This document shows, one piece after another, positions 1 through 14,200 of a stretch of DNA of 64,000 bases (position 1 is the first letter of the stretch; every line of letters begins with the position of its first letter). Both the position numbers and the translations under genes were made by a program. The notes beneath the pieces are model-generated. The model did not search any database and was not told the origin of the DNA. It worked only from the letters and a program-made list of their open reading frames with translations. Source of the stretch: the human T2T-CHM13v2.0 reference genome, Homo sapiens; NCBI RefSeq assembly GCF_009914755.1, contig NC_060938.1. One strand, written 5' to 3'.

Positions 1-3000
1 GAAGAATTCTGAGAAACGTCTTTGGGATGAGGGCGTTCATCTCACAGAGTTGAAACTTTCTTTGATTGAGCAATTTGGAAGCTCTCTTTTTGTGGAATCT
101 GCAAGTGCACATTTGGAGCGCTATGTGGCCTATGGTAGAAAGGGAAATATCTTCACATAAATTCTAGAGAGAAGCAATCTGAGAAACTTCCGTTTGATTT
201 GTGCATTCATCTCACAGAGTTAAACCTTTCTTTTAATTGAGCAGTTTTGAAACCATCTTTTTGTAGAATCTGCAAGTGGACATTTTGAGTGCTTTGAGGC
301 CTATGGTAGAAAAAGGAAATATCGTCACATAAAAGCTACAGAGAAGAATTCTGAGAAACTTGTTTTTGATATGTGCATTCATCTCACAGAGTTGAACCTT
401 TCCTTTGATTGAGCAGTATGGAAACAGTTTTTGTAGAATGTGAAAGTTGACATTTGCAGTGCTTTGTGGCTTATGGTAGAAAAGGAAATATCTTGACATA
501 AATTCTAGAGAAAAACAATCTGAAAAACTTATTTGTGATGTGTGCCTTCATCTCACAGAGTTAAACCTTTCTTTTGATAGATAAATTTTGAAACTCTCTT
601 TTTGTAGAATCTGCAGGTGGACATTTGGATCTCTTTGTGGCCTATCATAGAAAAGGAAATATCTTCACATGAAATCTAGACAGAAGCAATCTGAGAAACT
701 TCCGTTTGATGTGTGCATTCATCTCACAGAGTTAAACCTTTCTTATGATTGAGCAGTTTTGAAACTCTCTTTTTGAAGAATCTGCAAGTGGATATTTGGA
801 GCGCTTTGAGGCCTAGAGTGGAAAAGGAAACACCTTCACGTTAAAACTAGAACGCAGAATTCTGAGAAACTTCTTTGTGATGCGTGCATTCATCTCACAG
901 ATTTGAACCTTTCTTATGATTCCGCAGTTTGGAAACACATTTTTTGAAGATTCTGCAAGTTGACAATTGGAGCTATCTGCCGCCTATGGTAGAAAAGGAA
1001 ATATCTTCACATAAAATCAAGACAGAAGCAATCTGAGAAACTTTCTTGTGATGTGTGCATTCATTTCACAGAGTTAAACATTTCTTTTGATCGAGCAGTT
1101 TTGAAACTCTCTTTTTGTATAATCTGCAAGTGGACATTTTGAGTCCTTTGAGGCCTACGTTGCTAAAAGGAAATATCTTCATATAAAAACTAGATAGAAG
1201 AATTCTGAGAAACTACTTTGTGATGTGTGCATTCACCTCACTGAATTGAACCTTTCTTTTGATTGACCAGTTTGGAAACACTCTTTTTGTAGAATCTGCA
1301 AGTGGAAACTTGGAGGGCTTTGCAGCCTATGGCAGAAAAGGCAATATCTTCACATAAAATCTAGACAGAAGCAATCTGAGAAACTTCTTTGGATGCGTGC
1401 ATTCATCTCACAGAGTTAAAACTTTCTTTTGATGGAGGAGTATTGAAACTCTTTTTGTAGAATCTGCAAGTGGACATTTGGAGCGCTTTGTGACCTATGG
1501 TACAAAAGGTAATATCTTCACATAAAATCTAGACAGAAGCATTCCGAGTAACTTCTTTATGATGTCTGCATTCATCTCTCAGAGTTGAATCTTTCTTTTG
1601 ATTGAGCAGTTTTGAAAACCTCATTTATAGAATCTGCAAGTGGACATTTGGAGCGCTTTGAGGCCTATGTTAGAAAAGGAAGTGTCTTCAGTTAAAATCT
1701 AGACAGAAGCAATCTGAGAAACTTCTTTGTGATGTGTGCATTCATCTCACAGAGTTAAACCTTTCTTTTGATTGAGCAGTATTGAAACTCTCTTTTTGTA
1801 GAATCTGCAAGTGGACATTTGGAGCTCTTTGAGGCCTGTGGTGGAAAAGGGAATATCTTTCCATAAAAACTAGACATAAGAATTCTGAGAAACTTCTTTG
1901 TGATGTGTGCGTTTATCTCACAGAATTGAACCTTTCTTTTGATTGAGCAGTTTGGAAACACTCTTTTTGTAGAATCTACAAAGGGACATTTGGAGCACTT
2001 TGCGGCCTTTGGCAGAAAAGGAAATATCTTCTCATAAAATGTAGAGAGAGGCAATCTGAGAAACTTCTTTATGATGTGTGCATTCATCTCACAGAGTTAA
2101 AGCTTACTTTTGATTGAAGAGTTTTGAAACTCTCTTTTTGTAGTATCTGCAAGTGGACATTTGGAGCGCTTTGCAGCCTATGGTAGAAAAGGAAATACCT
2201 TCACATAAAATCTAGACAGAAGAAATCTGAGAAACTACATTCTGATGTGCGCATTTATCTCACAGAGCTAAACCTTTCTTCTGATTGAGCAGTTTTGAAA
2301 CTCTCTTCTTATAGAATCTGCAAGTGGACAGTTGGAGCTCTTTGAGGCCTATGGTGGAAAAGGAAATATCTTCACTTAAAATCTAGACAGAAGCAATCTG
2401 AGAAACTTCTTTGTGATAGGTGCCTTCATCTCACAGAGCTCAACGTTTCTTTTGAATGAGCAGATTTGAAACTCTTTTTGTAGCATCTGCAAGTGGTCAT
2501 TAGGAGCCTTTTGTGGCCTATGTTAGAAAAGGAAGTATCTTCACATAAAATCGAGACAGAAGCAATCTGAGAAAGTTCTTTGTGATGTGTGCATTCATCT
2601 CAAAGTGTTAAATATTTCTTTTGATTGAGCAGTTTTGAAACTCTGTTTTTGTAGAATCTGCAAGTGGACATTTGGAGCGCTTTGCGACCTATGGTAGAAA
2701 AGGTAATATCTTCACATAAAATCTAGACAGAAGCATTCTAAGTAACTTCTTTCTGATGTGTGCATTCATCTCTCAGAGTTGAACATTTACTTTGATTGAG
2801 CAGTTTTGAAAACCTCTTTTTGTAGAATCTGCAAGTGGACATTTGGAGCCCTTTGAGGCCTATGTTAGAAAAGGAAGTATCTTCAGATAAAATCTAGACA
2901 GAAGCAATCTGAGAAACGTCTTTGTGATGTGTGCAGTCATCTAACAGAGTTAAACCTTTCTTTTGATGGAATAGTTTTGAAATACTCTTTTTATAGAATC

Positions 3001-6000
3001 TGCAAGTGGACATTTCGAGCGCCTTGAAGCCTATGGTGGAAAATGAAATATCTTCATATGAATACTAGACAGAAGAATTCCGAGAAACAACTTTGTGATG
3101 CGTGCGTTCATCCCACGGAGTTGAACCTTTCTTTTGATTAAGCAGCTTGGAAACACTCCTTTTGTAGAATCTGGAAGTGGACATTTGGAGCGCTTTGGCA
3201 CCTATGGTGGAAATGGAAATATCTTTACATAAAATCTAGACAGAAGCAATCTGAGAAACTTCTTTTGATATGTGAATTCATCTCACAGAATTGAACCTTT
3301 CTTCAGATTGAGCAGTTTCGAAATTATCTTTTTGTGGAATCTGAAACTGGACATTTGGAGCGCTTTGACGCCTCTGGTGGATAAGTAAATATCTTCACAT
3401 AAAAACTAGACAGAAGAATTCTGAGAAACTTCTTTGTGATGTGTGTGTTCATCTCACAGAGTTAAACCTTTCTTTTGATTGAGCAGTATTGAAGCTCTCT
3501 TTTTGTAGAATCTGCAAGTGGACATTTGGAGCACTTTGAGGCCTGTAGTGGGAAAGGAAATATCTTCACATAAAAACTGGACGGAAGAATTCTGAGAAAC
3601 TTCTTTGTGATGTGTGCATTCGTCTCACAGAGTTAAACTTTCCTTTTGATTGAGGAGTTTTGAAACTCCCTTTTTGTAGAATCTGCAATTGGACATTTGT
3701 AGCGCTTTGAGGCCTATAGTGGAAAAGGAAATATCTTCACATAAAAACTAGACAGAAGAATTCTGAGAAACTTCTTTGGGATGCATGCATTCATCTCAGA
3801 GAGTTGAACCTTTTTTTTTTTGATTGAGCATTTTGGAAATAATCTTTTTGTAGAATCTGCAAGAGGACATTTGGAGTGCTTTGCGGCCAATGTTAGAAAA
3901 GGAAATATCTTCACATAAAATCTAGACAGAAGCATCTGAGAAGCCCCTTTGTGATTTGTGTATTCATCTCACAGAGTTACACCTTTCTATGGATTGAGCA
4001 GTTTTCAAACTCTCTTTTTGTATAATCTGCAAGTGGACATTTGGAGAGCTTTGAGGCCTATGGTGGAAAAGGAAATATTTTCATATGAAAACTAGAAAGA
4101 AGAATCTGGAGAAACTTCTTTGTGCTGCTTGCATTCATCTCACAGTGTTGAACCTTTCTTTTCATTCAGCAGTTTGGAAACACTCATTTTGTGCAATCTG
4201 CAAGTGGACATTTCTAGCGCTTTGCGGCCTACGGTGGAAAAGGAAATATCTTCACATAAAATCTAGACAGAAGCAATCTGAGAAACTTCTTTTTGATGTG
4301 TGCATTCATCTCACAGTGTTAAAAGTTTCTTTTGATTGAGGAGTTTTGAAACTCTCTTTTTGTAGAATCTGCAAGTGAACATTTGGAGTGCTTTGAGGCC
4401 TATGATGGAAAGGGAAATATCTTCACATAAAAACTAGACAAAAGAATTGTGAGAAACTTCTTTGTCATGCATGAGTTCATCTCACAGAGTTGAACGTTTC
4501 TTTTGATAGAGCAGTTTGGAAATACTCTTTTTGTAGAATCTGCAAGTAAACCCTTCGAGGGTTTTGCGGCCTATGTTAGAAAAGGAAATATCTTCAAATA
4601 AAATCTAGACAGAAGCAATCTCAGAAACTACTTTTTGATGTGTGCATTCACCTCACAGAGTTAAACATTTCTTTTCATTAAACAGTCTATAAAATCTCTT
4701 TTTGTAGAATCTGCAAGTGGACATTTGGAGCGCTTTGAGGCCTATGGTGGAAAAGGAAATATCTTCACATAAAAACAAGACAGAAGAATTATGAGAAACT
4801 TCTTTGTGATGCCTGAGTTCATCTCACAGAGTTGAAACTTTGTTTTGATTGAGCATTTTGGCAACAATCTTTATGTAGTATCTGTAAGTGGACATTTGGA
4901 GCGCTTTGCGGCCAAAGTTAAAAAAGGAAATATCTTCACATAAAATCTAGACAGAAGCAATTTGAGCAACTACTTTGTGACGTGTACATTCATCCCACAG
5001 AGTTAAACCTTTCTTTTGGTTGAGGAGTTTTGAAACTCTCTTTTTGTAGAATCTGCCAGTGGACAATTTGAGCGTTTTTAGGCCTATAGTGGGAAAGGAA
5101 TTATTTTCACATTAAAACTAGACAGAAGAATTCTGAGAAACTTCTTTGTGATGTGTGCTTTTATCTCACAGAGTTGAAACTTTCTTTTGATTGAGCAGTT
5201 TGTAAACACTCTTTTTGTAGAATCTGCAAGTGGACAATTGGAGCGCTTTGCGCTCTATGGTACAAAAGGAAATAACTTCACATAAAATCAAGACAGAACC
5301 AATCTGAGAAACTTCTTTGTGATGTGTGCATTCATCTCCCAGAGTTAAAATTTTCTTCCTATTGAGCAGTATTGAAACACTCTTTTTGTAGAATCTGCAA
5401 GTGGACATTTGGAGCGCTTTGTGGTTTATGGTAGAAAAGGAAATATCTTCATATACATTCTAGATAGAAGAAATCTGGGAAACTTCTTTGTGATGTGTGC
5501 ATCTCACAGAGTTAAACTTTTCTTTTGATAGAGCAGTTTCAAAACTCTGTTTTTGTAGAATCTGCAAGTAGACATTTGCAGTGCCTTGAGGCCTATAGTG
5601 GAAAAGGAAATAATTTCACGTAAAAACCAGACAGAAGAATTCTGGGAAACTTTTTTGTGATGTGTGTGTTCATCTCACAGAGTTGAAAGTATCTTTTGAT
5701 TTAACAGTTTGGAAACACTGTTTTTTTTAGTATCTGCAAGTGGATATTTGCAGTGCTTTTCTGCCTATGGTACAAAAGGAAATAGCTTCACTTAAAATCT
5801 AGAAAGAAGCAATCTGAGAAACTTCTTTTTGATGTGTGCATTCATCTCACAGAGTTAAACATTTCTTTGAGCAGTTTTGAAACTCTCTTTTTGTAGAATC
5901 TGCAAGTGGATATTTTTAGCCCTTTGAGGCCTATGGTGGAAAAGAAAATTTCCTCACAGAAAACTACACAGAAGAATTCTGAGAATCCACTTTGTGACGT

Positions 6001-8546
6001 GTCCATTTTCTCACAGAGTTCAAAATGTCTTTTGATTGAGTAGTTTGGAAACACTCTTTTTGTAGCATCTGCCAGTGAACATTTGGAGCGCTTTGTGGCC
6101 TAAGGTAGAAAAGGAAACATCTTCACATAAAATCTAGACAGAAGCAATCTGAGAAACTTCTTTGTGATGTGTGTATTCATCTCACAGTGTTAAACCTTTC
6201 TTTTGATTGAGGAGCTTTGAAACTCTCTTTTTGTAGCATCATCTGCAAGTGGACATTTGGAGCGCTTTGCATCCTATGTCAGAAAAGGAAATAACTTCAC
6301 ATAAAATCTAGACAGAAGAAAGTTGAGAAACTTCTCTGTGAGGTGTGCATTCATCTCATGGAGTTAAACCTTTCTTTTGATTGAGCTGTTTTGAAACTCT
6401 TTTTTTGAAGTATTTGAACGTGGACATTTAGAGTGCTTAAATGCCTCTGGTGGAAAAGGAAATTTCTTCACGTAAAAACTAGAGAGAAGAATTCTGAGAA
6501 ACTTCTTTGTGATACGTGCGTTCATCTCACAGAGTTGAACCTTTCTTTTCATTGAGCAGTTTGGAAACACTCTTTTTGTAGAATATGCAAGTGGATATTC
6601 GGAGCGCTTTGGGGCCTACAGTAGAAAAGGAAATATCTTCACATAAAATCTAGACAGAAGCAATCTGAGAAACTTATTTGCGACATGTGCATTCATCTCA
6701 CAGAGTTAAATTTTTATTTTGATTGAAGAGTTTTGAAACTCTCCTTTTGTAGAATCTGCAAGTGGATATTTTGAGCGTTTTTAGGCCTATAGTGAGAAAG
6801 GAAATATCTTCACATAAAAACTAGAGAGAAGAATTCTAAGAAAGTTCTTTGTGATGTGTGCGTTCATCTCACAGAGTTGAATCTTTCTTTTTATTGAGCA
6901 GTTTGGAAACCCTCTTTTTGTAGAATCTGCAAGTGGACATTAGGAGTGCTTTGCGGACTAAGGTAGAAAAGGAAATATCTTCACATAAAATCTAGAAAGA
7001 AGCAATCTGAGAAACTTCTTTGTGATGCATGCATTCATCTCACAGAGTTAAACCTTTCTTTTGATTGAGCAGTTTTGAAACTCTCTTTTTGTAGAATCTG
7101 CAAGTGGACATTTGGAGCACTTTGTGGCCTATGGTAGAAAAGGAAATATCTTCAGATAAAATCTAGATAGAAGCAAACTGAGAAGCTGCTTTGTGATGTG
7201 TGCATTCACCTCACATAGTTAAAACTTTCTTTTGATTAAGCAGTTCTGAAACTCTCTTTTTGTAGAATCTGCAAATGGCCATCTGGAGCACTATGAGGCC
7301 TATGGTGGAAAAGGAAATATCTTCACATAAAAACTAGACAGAAGAATTCCGAGAAACTTTTTTGTTATGTGTGCATTCATCTCACAGAGTTAAACCTTTC
7401 TTTTGATTTAAGAGTTTTGAAACTCTTTTTTTATAGAATCTGCAAGTGGACATTTGGAGCACTTTGAGGCCAAAGGTGGAAAAAGAAATATCTTCTCATA
7501 AAGACTAGACAGAAGAATTCTGAGAAACTTCTCTATGATGTGTGCATTCATCCCACGGAATTCAGCCTTTCTTTTGATTGAGCAGTTTGGAAACACTCTT
7601 TTTGTAGAATCTGCAAGTGGACATTTGGAGAGTTTTGCGGACTATGGTAGAAAAGGAAATATCTTCACATGAAATCTAGAAAAAATCAACTGAGAAACTT
7701 CTTTGTGATGTGTTTATTCAAACTTCTTTGTGATGTGTTTATTCATCTCACACAGTTAAACCTTTCTTTTGATTAATCAGTTTTGAAACTCTCTTTTTGA
7801 ATTATATGCACATGGACATTTGGAGTGCTTAAATACCTGTGGTGGAAAAGGAAATATCTTCATACAAAAACTAGACAGAAGAATTCTGAGAAACTTCTTT
7901 GTGATGTGTGCGTTCATCTCACAGATTTGAACCTTTCTTTTGATTGAGCAGTTAGGAAACACTCTTATTGTAGAATCTGCAAGTGGACATTTGGAACGCT
8001 TAGCAGCCTATGGAAGGAAAGGAAATATCGTCACATAAAATCTAGACAGAAGCAATCTGAGAAACTTCTTTGTGATGTGTGCATTCATCTCACAGTGCTA
8101 AAACTTTGTTTTCATTGACTAGTTTTGAAACTCTCTTTTTGTAGAATCTGCAAGTGGACATTTGGAGCGCTTTGAGGGCTACGTTGGAAAAGGAAATATC
8201 TTCACATAAAAACTAGACAGAACAATTCTCACAAACTTCTTTGTGATGTGTACGTTCATCTCCCAGAGTTGAACCTTTCTATTGATTAAGCAGTTTGGAA
8301 ACCCTCTTTTTTTTGAATATACAAGTGGACATTTGGAGCGCTTTGTGGCCTATGGTAGAAATGGAAATATCTTCACATAAAAACTGGAAAGAAGCAATCT
8401 GAGAAACTTCTTTGTGATGTGCACATTCATCTCAAAGAGTTGAATCTTTCTTTTGATTGAGCAGTTTGGAAACACTCTTTGTAGAATCTGCAGGTAGACA
8501 TTTGGAACTCTTTGTGGCTTATGGTAGAAAAGCAAATATCTTCATA
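1..8546 (+). repeat. Diverged alpha satellite, relic family 'A' with loose dimeric alternation, no CENP-B boxes
   Basis: ~171-bp tandem monomers matching the alpha consensus (GAGAAACTTCTTTGTGATGTGTGCATTCATCTCACAGAGTT...GGAAAAGGAAATATCTTCACATAAAA). Two recurring types: AAATCTAGACAGAAGCAATCTGAG and AAAACTAGACAGAAGAATTCTGAG. GTGGACATTT is typical; only A-type (pJalpha) boxes seen. Confidence 0.97.
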
Positions 8547-11243
8547 TCACAAAGAGAGAGTTTCAAAACTGCTCAATCAAAAGAAAGGATCAACTCTCTG
8601 AGATGAACGAACACATCACAAAGAAGTTTCTCAGAACTCTTCTGTCTAGTTTTTATGTGAAGATATTTCTTTTTCCACCGTAGGCCTCAGAAAGCTCCAA
8701 ATATCCACTTGCAGATTCTACAAAAAGAGAGTTTCAAAACTGCTCACTCAAAAGAAAATTTTAACTCTATGAGATGAATGCACACATCACAAAGTAGTTT
8801 CTCAGATTGCTTCTGTCTATAATTTATATGAAGATGTTTCCTTTTCCACCATAGACCCCAAATCGCTCCAAATGTCTACTTGCAGATTCTACAAAAAGAG
8901 TGTTTCCAAACTGCTCAATCAAAAGGAATGTTCAACTCTGTGAGAAGAATGCACACATCACAAAGTAGTTTCTCAAAATTCTTCTGTCTACTTTTTAAGT
9001 GAAGATATTTCCTTTTCCACAGCAGGTCTCAAAGTGCTCCAAATGTCCACTTGCAAATTCTACAAAAAGAGAGTTTCAAATCTGCTCCATCCAAAGAAAA
9101 CTTCAGCTCTGTGAGATGAATGCACACATCACAAAGAAGTTTCTCAGATTGCTTCTGTCTAGATTTTATGTGAAGATATTTCCTTTTCCAACACAGGCCT
9201 CATAGAGCCCCAAATGTCCACTTGCAATTCTACAAAAAGAGAATTTCAAAACTGCTCTATCAAAAGAAAGGTTTAACTCCGTGAGATGAATGCACACATC
9301 ACAAAGTAGTTTCTCAGGTTGTTTCTGTCTAGATTTTATGTGAAGATATTTCCTTTTCTACCATAGTCCAGAAAGCTCTCCAGATGTCCACTGGCAGATT
9401 CTACAAAAAGAGTGTTTCCTAACTGCTCAATCAAAAGAAAGGTTCAACTCTGTGACATGAACGCATGCATCACAAAGATGTTTCTCAGAATTTTTCTGTC
9501 TAGTTCTTATGTGAAGATATTTCCTTTTCCACCATACGCCTCAAAGTGCTGCAAATATTCACTTGAGGATTCAACAAAAAGAGAGTTTGAAAACTCCTCA
9601 ATCAAAAGAAAATTTTAACTCTGTGAGATAAATGCACACATCACAAAGAAGTTTCTCAGATTGCTTCTGTTTACTTTTTATGTGAAGATATGCCCTTTTC
9701 CACCATAGGCCTTTAAGCGCTCCAAATGTCCACTTGCAGATACTTCAAAAAGAGAGTTTCAAAACTGCTCTATCAAAAGACATGTTCAACTCTGTGAGTT
9801 GAATGCACACATCACACACAAGTTGCTCAGAATGCTTCTCTGTAGTTTTTATGTTAAGATATTACCTTTTCCACCAGAGGCCTCAAAGTGCTCGAAATAT
9901 ACTCTTGCAGATTCTACAAAAAGAGTGTTTCAAAACTGCTCAATCAAAAGAAATGTTCAACTCTGTGAGGTTAATTCACACTTCAAAAAGAAGTTTCTGA
10001 GAATTTTTCTGTTAATTTTTATGGGAAGATATTTCCTTTTCCACAGTAGGCCTCAAAGCCCTGCAAATATCCACTTGCAGATTCTACAAAAAGAGTATTT
10101 CAAAACTCCTCAATCAAATGAAATGTTCAACTCTGTGAGATGAATGCACACATGACAAAGAAGTTTCTCAGAATGCTTCTGTGTAGTTTTTATGAGAAGT
10201 TATTTCCTTTTCAACCATAGAGCACAAAGGGCTCAAAATATCCACTTGAAGATTCCAAAAGAAGAGAGTTTCAAAACTCGTCTAAGAAAAGATAGGTTCA
10301 ACTCTGTGAATTGAATGCACTCATCAAAAGGAAGTTTATCAGAATACTTCTGTGTAGTTTATATGTGAATATATTTATTTACCAACATTGGCCAAAATGC
10401 CCTACAAATATCCACTTGCAGACACTATGAAAAGAGTGTTCCAAAACTACTCAATCAAAAGAAAGATTCTACATTTTCAGATGAATGCACACATCACAAA
10501 GAAGTTTCTCAGAATGCTTCTGTGTAGTTTTTATGTGAAGATAGTTCCTTTTCCACCATAGGCTGCAAAGGGCTCTAATATCCATTGCAGATTCTACAAA
10601 AAGAGATTTTCAAAACTGCTCTATCAAAAGATAGGTTCAACTCTGTGAGATGAAAGCACACATTACAAAGAAGTTTCTCAGAATGCTTCTGTGTAGTTTT
10701 TTTGTGAAGATATTTTGTTTTCCACATTAGACCACAAAGCGCTCCAAATATCCACTTGCAGATTCTACAAAAAGAGTGTTTCCAAACTGCTCAAAAAAAT
10801 GGGATGTACAACTCTGTGAGATGAGTGCACACATCACAAAGAAGTTTATCAGAATGCTTCTGTGTAGTTTTTATGTGAAGATATTTCCTTTTCCACCATC
10901 GGCCACAAGGGGCTCTAAATAACCACTTGCAGATTCTACAAAAAAGTTTAAAAACTGCTCTATCAAAAGATAGGTTCAACTCTGTGAGTTGAATGCAAAC
11001 ATCACAAAGAAGTTTCTGAGAATGCTTCTGTGTAGTTTTTATGTGAAGATATTTCCTTTTCCACCACAGGCCTCCAAGCCCTCTAAATATCCATCTGCTG
11101 ATTCTACAAAAAGAGAGATTCAAAACTGCTCAATCAAAGGAAAGGTTCAGCTCTGTGAGATGAGTGCACACATCACAAAGAAGTTTCTCAAAATGCTTCT
11201 GTGTGGTTTTTATGTGAAGATATTTCCTTTTCCACATTAGGTC
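8547..11243 (-). repeat. Inverted alpha satellite block (~16 monomers); family A-like to ~9750, family B-like thereafter
   Basis: Sequence reads as reverse-complement monomers (CACATCACAAAGAAGTTTCTCAGA). Strand switches at ...ATCTTCATA|TCACAAAGAGAGAG (~8546) and ...CATTAGGTCTC/TCTTTTCATAG (~11243). Confidence 0.95.
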
Positions 11244-14200
11244 TCTCTTTTCATAGAATCTACAAGTGGATATTTGGAGACCTTTGCAGCTTATGGTGGA
11301 AAAGAAAATATCCTCACCTAAAAACTATACAGAAGCATTCTGAGAAACTCCTTTGTGATGTGAGCATTCATCTCACGGAGTTAAACATTTATTTTGATTG
11401 AGAAGTTTTGAAACACTCATTTTGTAGAGTCTGCAAGTGGATATTTGGAGCCCCTTGTGGCCCATTGTGGAAAATGGAATATCTTCTCATAAAAACTACA
11501 CAGAAGCATTCTGAGAAACTTCTTTGTGATGTGTGCATTCAACTCAAAAGGTTCAACCTATCTTTTGATAGAGCAGTTTTGATACTCTCTTTTTGTAGAA
11601 TCTGCAAGTGCATATTTGGAGCCCTTTGCGACCTATGGTGGAAAAGGAAATATCTTCACATAAAAACTACACTGAATCATTCTGAGAAACTTCTTTGTCA
11701 TCTGTGCATTCATCTCACAGAGTTGAACCTCTCTTTTGATAGAGCAGTTTGGAAACACTCATTTTGCAGAATCTGCAAGTGGATATATACAGCGATTTGA
11801 GGCCTATTGTGGAAAATGAAATATCTTCATATAAAAACTACACAGAAGCATTCTGAGAAACTTCTTTGAGATGTGTGCATTCATCTCACAGAGTTGAACA
11901 TTTCTTTTGATTGAGCAGTTTTGAAGCACTCTTGTTTTATAATCTGCAAGTGGATAACAGGAGCGCTTTCAGTACTATGTTGTAAAAGGAAATATCTTCA
12001 CATAAAAACTAAACAGAATCATTCTGAGAAACTTCTTTGTGATGTGTGCATACAACTCACAGAGTTGAACATATCTTTTGATAGAGCAATTTGGAAACTC
12101 TCTTTTTGTAGAATCTGCAAGTGTATATTTGGAGCCCTTTGTGGCTGATGGTGGAAAAGGAAATATCTTCCCCTAAAAACTACACAGAAGCACTCGGCGA
12201 AACTTGTTTGTGATGTGTGCATTCATCTCTCAGAGTTGAATCTTTCATTTGATTAAGCAGCTTTGAAAACCTCGTTTTGTAGAATCTGCAAGTGTATATT
12301 TTGAGAGCTTTCTGGTCTATTGTTGAAAAGGAAATATCTTCACATAAAAACTACACAGAAGCATTCTCAGAAACTTCTTTGTGATGTTTGCATTCACCTC
12401 ACAGATTTGAAACTTTCTTTTGATTGAGCAGTTTGGAAACACTCTTTTAGTAGAATCTGCAGGTGGATATTTTGTGCCCTTGGAGGCCTACTATGAAAAA
12501 GGAAATATCTTCCCATAAAAACTACAGAGCAGCATTCTGAGAAACTTCTTTGTGATGTGTGCATTCAACTCACAGAATTGAACCTATCTATTGATAGAGA
12601 AGTTTTGAAACTCCTTTTGTAGACTGCAAGTGGATATTTGGAACGCTTTGAGTCCTATGTTGGGAAAGGAAATATCTTCACATAAAAACTACACAAAAGC
12701 ATTCTGAGAAACTGCTTTGGGTTGTGTGCATTCACCTCACAGTTTTGAACCTCTCTTTTGATTGAGCAGTTTGGAAACACACTTTTTGTAGTATCTGTAA
12801 ATGGATATATGGAGTGCTTTGAGGCCTATTGTGGAAAAGGAAATATCTTCACATAAAAATCATACAGAAGCATTCTGAGAAACTTCTTTGTGATGTGGGC
12901 ATTCATCACAGAGTGTTGAACCTCTGTTTTTATTGAGCAGTTTGGAAACAATCTTTTTGTAGAATCTGCAAGTGGATATATGGAGCCCTTTGAGTCCTGC
13001 TGTGGAAAAGGAAATATTTTCATATTAAAACTACACAGAAGCATTCTGAGAAACTTCTTTGTGATCTGTGCATTCATCTCACAGAGTTGAACCTTTCTCT
13101 TGATTAAGCAGTTTTGAAACACTCTTTTCATAGTATCTGCAAGTGTATATTTGGAACGCTTTGAGGTCTATGGTGGAAAAGGATATATCTTCATATAAAA
13201 ACTACACAGAAGGATTCTCAGAAACCTCTTTGTGATGTGTGCATTCAATTCACAGAGTTCAACATATCTTCTGATAGAGCAGATTAGAAACTTTCTATTT
13301 GCAGAATCTGCAGGTGGATATTTGGAGGGCTTTGTGGCTTATGATGGACAAGGAAATGTCTTCATATAAAAACTACACAGAAGGATTCTGGGAAACTTAT
13401 TTTTGATGTGTGCATTCATCTCACAGAGTTGAACCCTTCTTTTGATTGCGCACTTTTGAAACACTTATTTTGTAGAATCTGCAAGTGGATATTTGGATCG
13501 CTTTGAGGAATATGGTGGAAAAGGAAATAACTTCACATAAAAACTACACAGAAGCATTCTGAAAAACTCCTTTGTTATGTGTGCATTCATATCGCAGAGT
13601 TGAACCTATCTTTTGATTGAGCAGTTTTGAAACTCTGTTTTTGTAAAATCTGCAATTGGATATTTGGAACACTTTGAAGTCTATGGTAGAAAAGAAAATA
13701 TCTTCACATAAAAACTACACAGAAGCATTCTCACAAACTTCTTTGTTCTCTGTGCATTCGTCTTACAGAGTTGAACCTTTCTTTTGATTGAGCAGTTTAG
13801 AAACACTCTTTTTGTAGAATCTGCAAGTGAATATTTGTATCGCTTATAGGCCTATGGTGGAAAAGGAAATATCTTCACATAAAAGCTTCACAGAAATATT
13901 CTGAGAAACTTCTTTGTGATGTGTGCATTCATCTCACAGGGTTAAACCTATATTTTAATAGAGCAGCTTTGAAACTCTCTTTTTGTAGAATCTGCAAGTG
14001 GATATTTGGAGCCCTATGCAGCCTATGGTGGAAAAGGAAATCACTTCACATAGAAATTATACAGAAGCATTCTGAGAAACTTCTTTATGATGTGTGGATT
14101 CATCTCACAAAGGTGAACCTCGCTTTTGGTTGAGCTGTCTGGAAACACTCTTTTTGTAGGATCTGCAATTGGATATATGCAGTGCTCTGAGACCTATTGT

